From Candidatus Eiseniibacteriota bacterium (lineage in GTDB: Bacteria; Eisenbacteria; RBG-16-71-46; JABDJR01; JAWXBZ01), in contig JAWXBZ010000082.1 of the NCBI GenBank assembly GCA_034440375.1, forward strand, positions 1-17,820: 17,820 nt of DNA. The letters run 5' to 3'. Below, in pieces: positions 1 through 7,824 of the stretch (its first letter is position 1; each line of letters starts with the position of its first letter). The position numbers were made by a program, and so were the translations under genes. Below the pieces are notes generated by a model. That model saw only the letters and a program-made list of their open reading frames with translations. It was not told where the DNA came from and did no database searches.

Positions 1-410
1 CCGGCGGCGGTCATCAGGGGAAAGAATTCGTCATTGACGCGATAGTTTCCGCCACCACAACCGACGATGATGCCGCTTCGGTCATTGAACTGCCGCCGGG
101 CGTCCTCATCGAGTCCATCACGATACGATGGGAGACCGGAAGCCGCGATCGCCTGATCGCCGGCATACAGGCCGAACAGATCGGTCCGGGAGAGCAACTT
201 GTGCAGCTTCCGGTCGGCGACCAGGGTTCGGTTGTCCACCCCGGACACCTCGGCAGAGAGGTGTACCGGCCACCGGTCGGCGTCCCACTGGCGAATCGGA
301 AGAATGGCGGAACGCCCGCAAAGAACGGCATCCCAGATGTCCTCGATGGTCAGGCCGGCGCTGCAGACGGCGCCCATGCCCGTGATCATGATGCGTGGAA
401 CCGGCGTCAT
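1..410 (-). CDS. Beta-ketoacyl-ACP synthase family protein, N-terminal part (runs off the window edge)
   Basis: Not in the ORF track; translated by hand from ATG 410 (ATGA overlap with the upstream stop at 407-409): MTPVPRIMITGMGAVCSAGLTIEDIWDAVLCGRSAILPIRQWDADRWPVHLSAEV...DRKLHKLLSRTDLFGLYAGDQAIAASGL..., a typical ketosynthase N-terminus, open to the edge. Active site not visible. Confidence 0.88.
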   Translation of the reverse strand, partial: MTPVPRIMITGMGAVCSAGLTIEDIWDAVLCGRSAILPIRQWDADRWPVHLSAEVSGVDNRTLVADRKLHKLLSRTDLFGLYAGDQAIAASGLPSYRDGLDEDARRQFNDRSGIIVGCGGGNYRVNDEFFPLMTAA

Positions 411-1726
411 GCCGAACCGGCCCGGGAAAGCGATGCCTCCACGTCGTCAGGATGGCGAAAGACCAGCGTGCTGTTCGAGCCACCGAAGCCGAGCGAATTG
501 GACATGGCGGCCCGAATTCGCGTCGGACGCGATTCGCCCTGAACGATGTTGACATCACAATCGGGATCAGGAGTCAGGAGATTGGCATTGACCGGCGCCA
601 GTTGGCCCTTGATGGCCAGCGCGCAGATGGCGGCTTCGACGGCTCCGGCGGCGGCAATGAGATGCCCCATGCAGCTTTTCGTCGAGCTGACCAGCACCTT
701 GTCGATGTGCGAGCCCATGACGACACGCATGGCGGCGCACTCGCTCCGATCGTTCATCACGGTCGAGGTGCCATGGGCGTTGACGTAGTCGATGTTGTCG
801 GATTCCATCCCGGCGTCCAAAAGGGCCTGGCGCATGGCCTGGATCGGGCCGTCGCCGTCCGGCGGCGAATCCGTGATGCGATAACAGCTCAAGGAATTGC
901 CATCACCCGCCAGCTCGGCGTAGATGTGCGCCCCGCGGGCCCGCGCCGCCTCCCACTCCTCGAGAACCAGAAATCCCGCGCCTTCGCCGAGGACGAAACC
1001 GTTGCGAGTGGCATCGAACGGCCGGCTGGCTCGCTCGGGTGTGTCGTTGTCGGTCGAGAGCGCCCCAAGAAGGCAGAAGGCTGACAGTCCCAGCGGGGTG
1101 AGCATGGAGTCGTAGCCGCCGGCGAGCATGAAATCGGCGCGGCCGCGTCGAATGTACTTCAGGGCGGTTCCAAGGGCCTGACCACCGGAGGCACACGCCG
1201 TGTGGACAGCCGTGGCCGGACCCCGAATGCCGAACTGCCGGGTCAGAAGCCCGAGTCCCAGGTTGGCCTGGCTGCGACAGAAACCGATCGGATCGGCCGG
1301 AAAGGACGGGTCCAGCAGGCCGTCCGGATGAAACTCGCCGTCGGCAGCCGCGAAGGCGTGCACCTGGCGGAAATCCTCGAAAGTGATGCCCATCATGCCG
1401 GCCCCGGTGCTGAATCCCCAGCGATGGCTCGTTGCCGGCTCCGGGCGAATGCCGGCATCCCGGAGAGCCTCCTCGGCGGCGACCAGGGCGAAGCGCTGCG
1501 CCGGCGAGGTGAACTTCAATTGCCTGCGGTCACGGATGGTGGCCCCGGCGTCGAAGTTCTTGACCTCCGCGCCGATGCGGGTTGCGAATCCCCCGGCTTC
1601 AAAACCACGAATTTCGGCGCAGCCGCTCCTGCCGTTGACAAGGGCGGACCAGGTGGTGGCGGTGTCATTCCCGACAGGCGTCACGAGGCCGATTCCGGTG
1701 ATCGCCACCCGACGACGGCTTCTCAT
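407..1726 (-). CDS. fabF: Beta-ketoacyl-ACP synthase II (FabF-type)
   Basis: RRVAITGIGLVTPVG N-terminus; Cys-His-His triad in TACASG, NAHGTST and KSCMGHLIAAAG; SRPFD, GEGAG and SNSLGFGGSN motifs; ATGA overlap with the upstream dehydratase stop. Confidence 0.93.
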   Translation of the reverse strand: MRSRRRVAITGIGLVTPVGNDTATTWSALVNGRSGCAEIRGFEAGGFATRIGAEVKNFDAGATIRDRRQLKFTSPAQRFALVAAEEALRDAGIRPEPATSHRWGFSTGAGMMGITFEDFRQVHAFAAADGEFHPDGLLDPSFPADPIGFCRSQANLGLGLLTRQFGIRGPATAVHTACASGGQALGTALKYIRRGRADFMLAGGYDSMLTPLGLSAFCLLGALSTDNDTPERASRPFDATRNGFVLGEGAGFLVLEEWEAARARGAHIYAELAGDGNSLSCYRITDSPPDGDGPIQAMRQALLDAGMESDNIDYVNAHGTSTVMNDRSECAAMRVVMGSHIDKVLVSSTKSCMGHLIAAAGAVEAAICALAIKGQLAPVNANLLTPDPDCDVNIVQGESRPTRIRAAMSNSLGFGGSNSTLVFRHPDDVEASLSRAGSA

Positions 1727-2562
1727 CGTCGACGGCTCGACAGGCTGATCTGCGCGCTACCGGTAATCCTTCCGGTCCGCCGCGTCTCCACGACTACCGT
1801 CAGGGCATACTCCTCCAGTTCCGTAAGCTGTGCCTCGAGCTCCAATGATTCTCCCGGCGGGATGAACGTCCGCAATTTGACATCCTCCACCCTGGTTGCC
1901 ACCCACTTTTCGTCCAGCGCCGGCGCCGGGATGTCCGCGGCCAGGAGTTCCGCCAGATCCAGGCTCTGGTTCATGAGGAGGCTTCCAGGAAAAACGGGGC
2001 GTCGGGGAAAGTGGTCCATGAAGAAAGGGGCTTCATCGGGTACCTGGAAGTCGGCGACCAGGCTTTGTCCATGAACATGGCGCCGCACCTCAAGCAGGAA
2101 ATACGGCAGGTCGCTGAAGCCGCCGACGGCGGTTCCCGACCCGGAAAGAAGCTCGAACCTCTCTTGCAGGGCCAGGGGGTCGTCGAATTGTTCGGAAGCC
2201 ATCATGGGTCCGATGCAGTGGTAAAGGCGGATGACCGGAATTCCGTCGGCGGACGCTGCCCCGCGATAGACCACCGCGACGTCATCGAGGCTTTCGATCT
2301 CGGCTGCGAGATCAAGAATCTGGCCCGGCCGCACACCGGCCAACAGTTCGATCCGACCGGCGATCCCCGCGAGCGGTCGACGGGCAAAGCTCTTGGCTGA
2401 CATGATTGACCAGGCGGCCAGCTGCCCGACCGCCTCCGCCACCAGGGATGCCGAAAATTCAGAGACGGCTGCCGGGACGGTGTAGCGCCCCGTAATGTCG
2501 ACCCCCGGTTGCCCGGAATCAATATGGTCGACGAATGAAAAGGCCTGGAAATGCGGGCTCAT
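1723..2562 (-). CDS. Fused double-hotdog 3-hydroxyacyl-ACP dehydratase (FabA/FabZ-like)
   Basis: Two FabZ-like repeats: FSFVDHI...LVAEAVGQ...VRPGQIL and DHFPRRPVFPGSLL...FIPPGESL; sits within the FAS cluster. Confidence 0.85.
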   Translation of the reverse strand: MSPHFQAFSFVDHIDSGQPGVDITGRYTVPAAVSEFSASLVAEAVGQLAAWSIMSAKSFARRPLAGIAGRIELLAGVRPGQILDLAAEIESLDDVAVVYRGAASADGIPVIRLYHCIGPMMASEQFDDPLALQERFELLSGSGTAVGGFSDLPYFLLEVRRHVHGQSLVADFQVPDEAPFFMDHFPRRPVFPGSLLMNQSLDLAELLAADIPAPALDEKWVATRVEDVKLRTFIPPGESLELEAQLTELEEYALTVVVETRRTGRITGSAQISLSSRRR

Positions 2563-2581
2563 CCCCGGAATGGCCCTCGTT

Positions 2582-3025
2582 TCATGCTGGCGCCGGCCCG
2601 CCGGCCGTCCCTGCCGCCCGCTGTTGACGCAGGACCATTTTGCAGAATGTCTCCACCGTGAAGAGGCGGGGAATTTCAGACACCTTGAGCGGCGTCTTGA
2701 AACGATCCGCAGGGATTTCCGAGAGAAACGACTTCAGCCGGACGAGTCCGGCTTCGGTGAGGATGCCGCTCTTTTCGAAATCCGCCTCCGACAGGTCGCC
2801 ACGGGCCTCCTCTATGATCTTTCCGCGGGGAATCTTGACCTTGAAGGTCCGCTCCAGGCGAAAGACGATATCGAGGAAATCGATCGACTCGGCCCCGAGA
2901 TCATCGATGAGGCGCGCTCCCGGGTTCATCTTCTCGAGATCACAGCCCAGGGCGTCTGCCATGGTGGCCGCCACTTTCGGATAGATGGCCGCGATCTCTT
3001 CCTCGCTGATGCCTGCCTGATTCAT
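2582..3025 (-). CDS. Acyl carrier protein, extended 147-aa form
   Basis: LIDDLGAESIDFLDIVFRLERTFKVKIP phosphopantetheine region, then an insertion before the TVETF last helix; GGAG RBS overlapping the end of fabG. Confidence 0.9.
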   Translation of the reverse strand: MNQAGISEEEIAAIYPKVAATMADALGCDLEKMNPGARLIDDLGAESIDFLDIVFRLERTFKVKIPRGKIIEEARGDLSEADFEKSGILTEAGLVRLKSFLSEIPADRFKTPLKVSEIPRLFTVETFCKMVLRQQRAAGTAGGPAPA

Positions 3026-3031
3026 GTCGTT

Positions 3032-3796
3032 TCACTCCATCTTGAATCCGCCGTCCACATTCAGGACCTGGCCCGTGATGTAGTCGGCAAATCGGGAACT
3101 TAGAAACCAGACGGCATCAGCAACCTCTTCGGGGCGTCCGATGCGGCGAAGCAGAATTCGGGATAGCACCGTCTCGCCAAGGGCCTCGCGGACCTCTTGA
3201 GACATCGTTGTGTCGATCACACCGGGAGCCACGGCATTCACCATGATATTTCGCGGTGCCAGCTCCACGGCCAGGGAGCGGGTGAAGGCATTGATGGCCC
3301 CTTTGCTGGCCGCATAATTTGTCTGACCTCTCCCGCCTTTTTCCCCCGCCACCGAACTGATGTTGATGATCTTTCCGCGGCGCTTCGACACCATCCAGGG
3401 CGCCACGGCCCGGGTCATGTTGAAGGTGCCGGTCACGTTGGTGTCGAGTACGGCGGCAATGTCCTCATCTTCCAGCGCCATCAGCGGGTTGTCGCGGATG
3501 ATGCCGGCATTGTTGACCAGGACATCAATTTTTCCGGTTCGTTCACAGACCTGTTCCGCGAACCGGGTACAGGCGGCAGGATCGCGGATATCCACCAGTT
3601 TTGCGGTCACACGCTTTCCGGGAAGCGATGCCACCAGTTCGTCCGCGGCCGCCTGGTCATGAAGAAATGTGAAATTGACATCCATTCCGGCGGATGACAA
3701 AACGGAGACAATGGCGCGTCCGATTCCGCGGCTGCCCCCGGTTACAATGGCCACTCCATCCGCCAGACCGGAATCCAGATCGGGGTGTCTGTTCAT
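3032..3796 (-). CDS. fabG: 3-oxoacyl-ACP reductase (SDR)
   Basis: VTGGSRGIG, NNAGIIRD, NISSV, GQTNYAASK (YxxxK), VAPGVIDT and ITGQVLNVDGG motifs. Start placed at ATG 3796 (ATGA overlap with the upstream stop), not 4216. Confidence 0.93.
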   Translation of the reverse strand: MNRHPDLDSGLADGVAIVTGGSRGIGRAIVSVLSSAGMDVNFTFLHDQAAADELVASLPGKRVTAKLVDIRDPAACTRFAEQVCERTGKIDVLVNNAGIIRDNPLMALEDEDIAAVLDTNVTGTFNMTRAVAPWMVSKRRGKIINISSVAGEKGGRGQTNYAASKGAINAFTRSLAVELAPRNIMVNAVAPGVIDTTMSQEVREALGETVLSRILLRRIGRPEEVADAVWFLSSRFADYITGQVLNVDGGFKME

Positions 3797-4548
3797 CCGG
3801 AAATGGAAAAGCCGCCGTCGACGACCAGCGTGTGACCCGTAATCATGGCCGCTTCCGGCAGGCAGAGCAAGTAGACCGCTCCGGCCACATCCTCGGGTGT
3901 GAGTGACGGTCCCGCCGGTGCCCGCTCCGCGAATTCCGCGAGCAATTGCTCCCGATTCGGGAAGTGGCGAAGGGCATCGGTATCCACCACGCCGGCACTG
4001 ACCACGTTGACCCGGATGCCGCGGGGCCCCAGCTCCTGGGCCAGACTGCGGGCCACCGATTCCATGGCCGCCTTGGAGGCGCCGATGAAGGCATAGTGCG
4101 GAATGGCTCTCGAGGCGCCCAGACTCGAAAGCGCGATGATGCTTCCGCCATGCGTCATGAGCGGAACGGCTTGCTGCGCCAGCACGTTCAAAGCCAGCGC
4201 ATTGGTCTCCAGGCACCGGCGCCAGTGCTTTCGCGTCAGTTCCAGCGCCGGCTTAAGGACTCCCAACGCCGCGTTGCTGATCACGAGGTCGACGCGGTCA
4301 AACTGCTCCCGAAAAGCGACAAATGCCTCGACCAGGCTGTCCGGGTCGCCCACATCAGCCTGGATGGCCATCGCCCTCCGACCCATCTCACGAATCGACC
4401 GGCAGACATTCTCCGCTTCTTCGTGGCTATTGTGATAGAGAATCGCCACATGACAACCGGCCGTGCCAAGCTTCAGAGCGATGGCGCGCCCGATTCCCCG
4501 GGAGCCTCCGGTAATGAACGCGGTTCTTTCGGCGAGTGGCTGTGTCAC
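3793..4548 (-). CDS. fabL: Enoyl-ACP reductase, FabL-like SDR
   Basis: ITGGSRGIG; NAALGVLKP; SSLG; Y-x6-K catalytic spacing (YAFIGASK); DTDALRHFPNREQLL closely resembles Bacillus FabL as recalled; GTG start. Confidence 0.8.
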   Translation of the reverse strand: MTQPLAERTAFITGGSRGIGRAIALKLGTAGCHVAILYHNSHEEAENVCRSIREMGRRAMAIQADVGDPDSLVEAFVAFREQFDRVDLVISNAALGVLKPALELTRKHWRRCLETNALALNVLAQQAVPLMTHGGSIIALSSLGASRAIPHYAFIGASKAAMESVARSLAQELGPRGIRVNVVSAGVVDTDALRHFPNREQLLAEFAERAPAGPSLTPEDVAGAVYLLCLPEAAMITGHTLVVDGGFSISG

Positions 4549-4611
4549 GTCTAGTGATAAGAATCCGTTCCGGGAGTCAAATGGCGCCGGCTGGCTGCCT
4601 CGAGAAGGGCG

Positions 4612-4617
4612 ATTCTA
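4612..4617 (-). promoter_or_regulatory. Possible -10 element for the FAS cluster
   Basis: TAGAAT on the minus strand about 65 nt upstream of the fabL-like start; no clear -35 element. Confidence 0.35.
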
Positions 4618-4679
4618 CAGATTTTTACCGGGAAGCGTAGCGCCTGGACAGGATGAGAACAGGACCGTGGCTTCGCGAC

Positions 4680-5441
4680 TCAATCCGGCTGCTTCTGGGT
4701 CAGCTTCTTCAGGGCGGCTTGAGTTTCGGGAAAATACCAGCACTCGAGGAACTCGTCCCGCGAGGAGGCTGCCAGCGGCGCCATCGAACCGGCGGTCGCG
4801 CTGCGAAGATAGCGCTTGATGCGTGCGTACGCCACGTGCGGCAGGGCTGCTCGTTCCGCGGCCACGGTCTCGGCCACCGTTTGCAGATGCCGGAAGGATG
4901 TCACCTCGTGGACGAGGCCGGCCCGGTAGGCCGCCTCGGGAAGCAGGGTTTCTCCGGTCAAGGCCAGCCGATGCGCGGTCCGATTGCCGACCAGCTCCGA
5001 AAGTATCATGACCGCCTCCCGGGGGACCGGCAGCCCCAGCCGAATTTCGGTAAAACCGAGCGAGCGATTTTCATCGCAGACAATCCGGTAGTCCGCCGTC
5101 AGTGCCAGGATCAGGCCTCCGGCCATGGCGTGTCCATTGATGGCGGCTACGAGCGGGCGCGGGAAAAGGTACATGTCACGGCAGAGTCCGAGGAAATCGT
5201 CCACAAAGCTGGTCATCTCCCGCCGCGAGAGTTCCATGAGGCACGCCACGTCGAGTCCGTTGCAGAAGAAACGATCGCCGAGGCCGCAGAGGATGACCGC
5301 GCCGACTGAGTCGTCGTGGGCCATCTCCTCGAAGAGGGCACGAAGCCGCCGAACGATGTCAGGGTCGAGGCTGTGGGTCTTGCCCCTGTCGAGCCTGACC
5401 CAGACCAGGCGGTCGCGTCGATCGATCTGGAGGGGGGTCAT
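4680..5441 (-). CDS. Enoyl-CoA hydratase/isomerase (crotonase) family, delta3-delta2 isomerase-like
   Basis: FFCNGLDV and PLVAAINGHAMAGGLILALTADYR oxyanion motifs; GFTEIRLGL carries the single catalytic Glu. Start placed at ATG 5441; the 5954 extension overlaps another gene. Confidence 0.9.
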   Translation of the reverse strand: MTPLQIDRRDRLVWVRLDRGKTHSLDPDIVRRLRALFEEMAHDDSVGAVILCGLGDRFFCNGLDVACLMELSRREMTSFVDDFLGLCRDMYLFPRPLVAAINGHAMAGGLILALTADYRIVCDENRSLGFTEIRLGLPVPREAVMILSELVGNRTAHRLALTGETLLPEAAYRAGLVHEVTSFRHLQTVAETVAAERAALPHVAYARIKRYLRSATAGSMAPLAASSRDEFLECWYFPETQAALKKLTQKQPD

Positions 5442-5447
5442 TTCGCG

Positions 5448-5453
5448 ATCATA
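5448..5453 (-). promoter_or_regulatory. -10 element of a probable leaderless transcript (crotonase)
   Basis: TATGAT-cgcgaa-ATG on the minus strand; no Shine-Dalgarno sequence. Confidence 0.55.
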
Positions 5454-5473
5454 GCGCCGTGCGATGCCTTCTG

Positions 5474-6154
5474 TCAGCCGAGGCCGAAGCCCTCGGTCAG
5501 CCATCGACCGAGGAACTGCATGCGGCCGATCAGCAGCGAAATTCGGGCCATGACCGTATAGCCGAAGGCGGCACCAAATGTCACCATGAGGAACCATATT
5601 CCGACGCGGGCGGCGCCCCCGAAAGCGCCGGAATGTTCCTTGGAGAAGAAGAAGTACACGAGTCCACACATCACCCCGGTGACCAGAATGATGTTGTTCA
5701 TGGTGTCCAGGAAGACGAACTGGTTGTCTGCCATCACGATGAAGGGCCGAATGGTGGAGTAAATCTGCCCCACGAAGTCCGACTGCATGTAGCGCATCAT
5801 GTTGGTGCCGGCTGTCCAGCCGACGATGAGCGCCACCGCCCAGCGGGAAAGGTGATCGACCGGCGGCACCAAGCGCATAAGGAGCAGGATGCCAAACACC
5901 AGCGGCACCCAGAAGATCGGGTCGGCCGGGGCCTCGGCCAGCTGGGGGAACCAAGGGCGGATGAGCGGTGGATGGATCTTGCCGAACAGGTTCGGCATCA
6001 GCGTGTTCCAGAATGCCGTGCTCATCCAGTAGGCGGCAGAAATGCCGACAAATAGATGTTCGGCAAACTTGTAGAACGGATTGTCCTTGTAAAGAAACGA
6101 GAAGATCATCAGCGTCAGCAGCGCGCCGACCCAGAGCTCCAGCATGTCAGCCAT
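5474..6154 (-). CDS. Uncharacterised polytopic membrane protein (gene D of the DUF6754-like operon)
   Basis: About 6 hydrophobic segments; SFLYKDNPFYKFAEHLFVG and FLMVTFGAAFGYTVMARISLLIGR; TGATG overlap with the upstream stop. Confidence 0.88.
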   Translation of the reverse strand: MADMLELWVGALLTLMIFSFLYKDNPFYKFAEHLFVGISAAYWMSTAFWNTLMPNLFGKIHPPLIRPWFPQLAEAPADPIFWVPLVFGILLLMRLVPPVDHLSRWAVALIVGWTAGTNMMRYMQSDFVGQIYSTIRPFIVMADNQFVFLDTMNNIILVTGVMCGLVYFFFSKEHSGAFGGAARVGIWFLMVTFGAAFGYTVMARISLLIGRMQFLGRWLTEGFGLG

Positions 6155-7029
6155 CAGGCACGCCCTCCACGGGCATTCGACTTCCCGAGAAAATAGGCCA
6201 CATTGCCAACGATGATGAGGGCCAGGATGACCAGGTGAGCCACCGTCTGGGGACCCATCTTGCTGATGGCATCCTCGCTCTTGGCCAGGAACTCGGGATA
6301 TCCGATCGAGAAGGCCGCCTCGTACTCCGCGGCTCCCTGCAGCCCCCCCATCAATCCAAGCAGCTGGCGCGGATAGTAGGGGTAGAGAAGCGGCGCCTCG
6401 ACGGCCGTCACGCCGCCGGCCACGGCCACGTTTGATCGATCACCGGCGAACTGAATCCACTCCTTGACGCCCGGGAAGCCCGAGCCGATGGCGATAATGA
6501 GGTCGAAGTCGGCCACCGAGTTGATCGGTTTCGTCAGCTCGATCTGGTCGGTGGGTGTGCCGGTGGCGTCTCCGGTGAACAGCGTCTTGAACTTGGTGCC
6601 AAGGCTGTTGATGACGCCCTGGTTGCCGGCTTTGTAGCCGAGGTTGACGTAGTCGATGCCGTATGTCGCACTCGGAAAATCCACCTTGACGATTTCGTCG
6701 ATCGCCCGGGTGATGATGTCCGGGCCGGTGGCCCAGAGCGTCATCAGATACAGCTTGTGCCCCTTGGAAAGGACATGCCGCACGGCCGTAGCCGACATCG
6801 GCCAGTTTTCCGCCAACGTGCCCGGGGCGAAATCGAGCGAGACAAGAATCCGGGATCCGGCGGGGAGTGTCTCGATCTTGTCATAGATGGCCTGGACGAC
6901 CGGGCTCGGTCGCGTCGGAATCTTCAGCTTGAACAGCATGGGGATGATGACCGACACTGCGATCAGGAGGAATATCCAGCGCCGGTCGATTCGAGCCAGC
7001 GGATGCTGCGACGCTTGAGGTCGGCTCAT
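6154..7029 (-). CDS. Uncharacterised membrane-anchored alpha/beta-domain protein (gene C)
   Basis: N-terminal TM after RIDRR, soluble domain (YGIDYVNLGYKAG, PYYPRQLLGLMGGLQGAAEYE), C-terminal TM; ATG 7029 lies 1 nt after the upstream stop, with a GAGGGA RBS. Confidence 0.87.
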   Translation of the reverse strand: MSRPQASQHPLARIDRRWIFLLIAVSVIIPMLFKLKIPTRPSPVVQAIYDKIETLPAGSRILVSLDFAPGTLAENWPMSATAVRHVLSKGHKLYLMTLWATGPDIITRAIDEIVKVDFPSATYGIDYVNLGYKAGNQGVINSLGTKFKTLFTGDATGTPTDQIELTKPINSVADFDLIIAIGSGFPGVKEWIQFAGDRSNVAVAGGVTAVEAPLLYPYYPRQLLGLMGGLQGAAEYEAAFSIGYPEFLAKSEDAISKMGPQTVAHLVILALIIVGNVAYFLGKSNARGGRA

Positions 7030-7030
7030 G

Positions 7031-7792
7031 TCAGGAGTCCCTCGCGCCGAGGTAGGACCGCTCGATTCCAAGGATGATCTTGAGTGACGTGGAGATAATT
7101 CCCAGGGCGATGCCGATCAGGATGGCCCGTTGACCGGCCAGATTCGGAATGGCGAGGATCCAGCCGGAGAGATTCGGAATGTGAAAGAACTGGAGCGGCT
7201 CCGGCAGCCAAAAGGTGAGGTAGTGACCGAGTGGCGTGCGGCCCACCAGGATGATGGTGGCCGAGATGAGGAGCAGCGTGGCCTCCTTCGTCTTGGCCCG
7301 GAACGCCCGGTACGACGCCGAGGCCACGAAGAAGGCCAGAAGCGAGAACATCGTCGACTGAAGCGGATTGAACGTCGCCTGGTAGAGCCAGTCGAACAGC
7401 GAGCCCTGGGATTGCACGGTGCCCTTCCATGTGCCCGGCAGCACCAGGGAGTAGAGACCGGCGCCGAGCATGACAACGAAGGCCAGAACGGTCACCAGGT
7501 TGTACTGCCAGTGATGGGCCCGGCGGGAAATCTTCTCGCCGTGAATCTTGAGGAGATTGAGTCCACCGAGAACGAATGCAATGGCGGCGATGATGTTGAA
7601 GAAGCTTGAAAACTTGTCATCGGCCTCGTCGAACGGCGCGTGGGGAATGAAAACCGACGCAACCATGACCGATCCGACCACGAAGGTCACCAGGAGCGGC
7701 AGGGTCCGCCGAAGGGACGGCACCACGATCGATGCCGTCACGCCGGCCAGCACGATGAGCACGATGAGCAGTGCGAACATCCCTGGTGTCAT
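7031..7792 (-). CDS. Uncharacterised polytopic membrane protein (gene B)
   Basis: About 7 hydrophobic segments; PLQSTMFSLLAFFVASASYRAFRAK and AGQRAILIGIALG...ILGIERSYLG; ATG 7792 with a GGGAGA RBS. Confidence 0.88.
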   Translation of the reverse strand: MTPGMFALLIVLIVLAGVTASIVVPSLRRTLPLLVTFVVGSVMVASVFIPHAPFDEADDKFSSFFNIIAAIAFVLGGLNLLKIHGEKISRRAHHWQYNLVTVLAFVVMLGAGLYSLVLPGTWKGTVQSQGSLFDWLYQATFNPLQSTMFSLLAFFVASASYRAFRAKTKEATLLLISATIILVGRTPLGHYLTFWLPEPLQFFHIPNLSGWILAIPNLAGQRAILIGIALGIISTSLKIILGIERSYLGARDS

Positions 7793-7824
7793 GTGTCTCC
7801 CTGCCGAACGGTGATGTCGGCCGC

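Noticed and set aside
3797-4216. N-terminal extension of the 394-aa ORF, suggesting a longer FabG or a frameshift fusion
   Set aside because: It is an alternative frame of the fabL-like gene; FabG homology starts after ATG 3796, which has a clean ATGA coupling.
395-4554. Long plus-strand ORFs (395-1084, 1202-2074, 2495-3103, 3946-4554 and others)
   Set aside because: Antisense shadows of real genes, expected at high GC; no recognisable motifs.
5442-5954. N-terminal extension of the 424-aa crotonase ORF
   Set aside because: It overlaps membrane gene D in another frame and is non-homologous; a better start exists at 5441.
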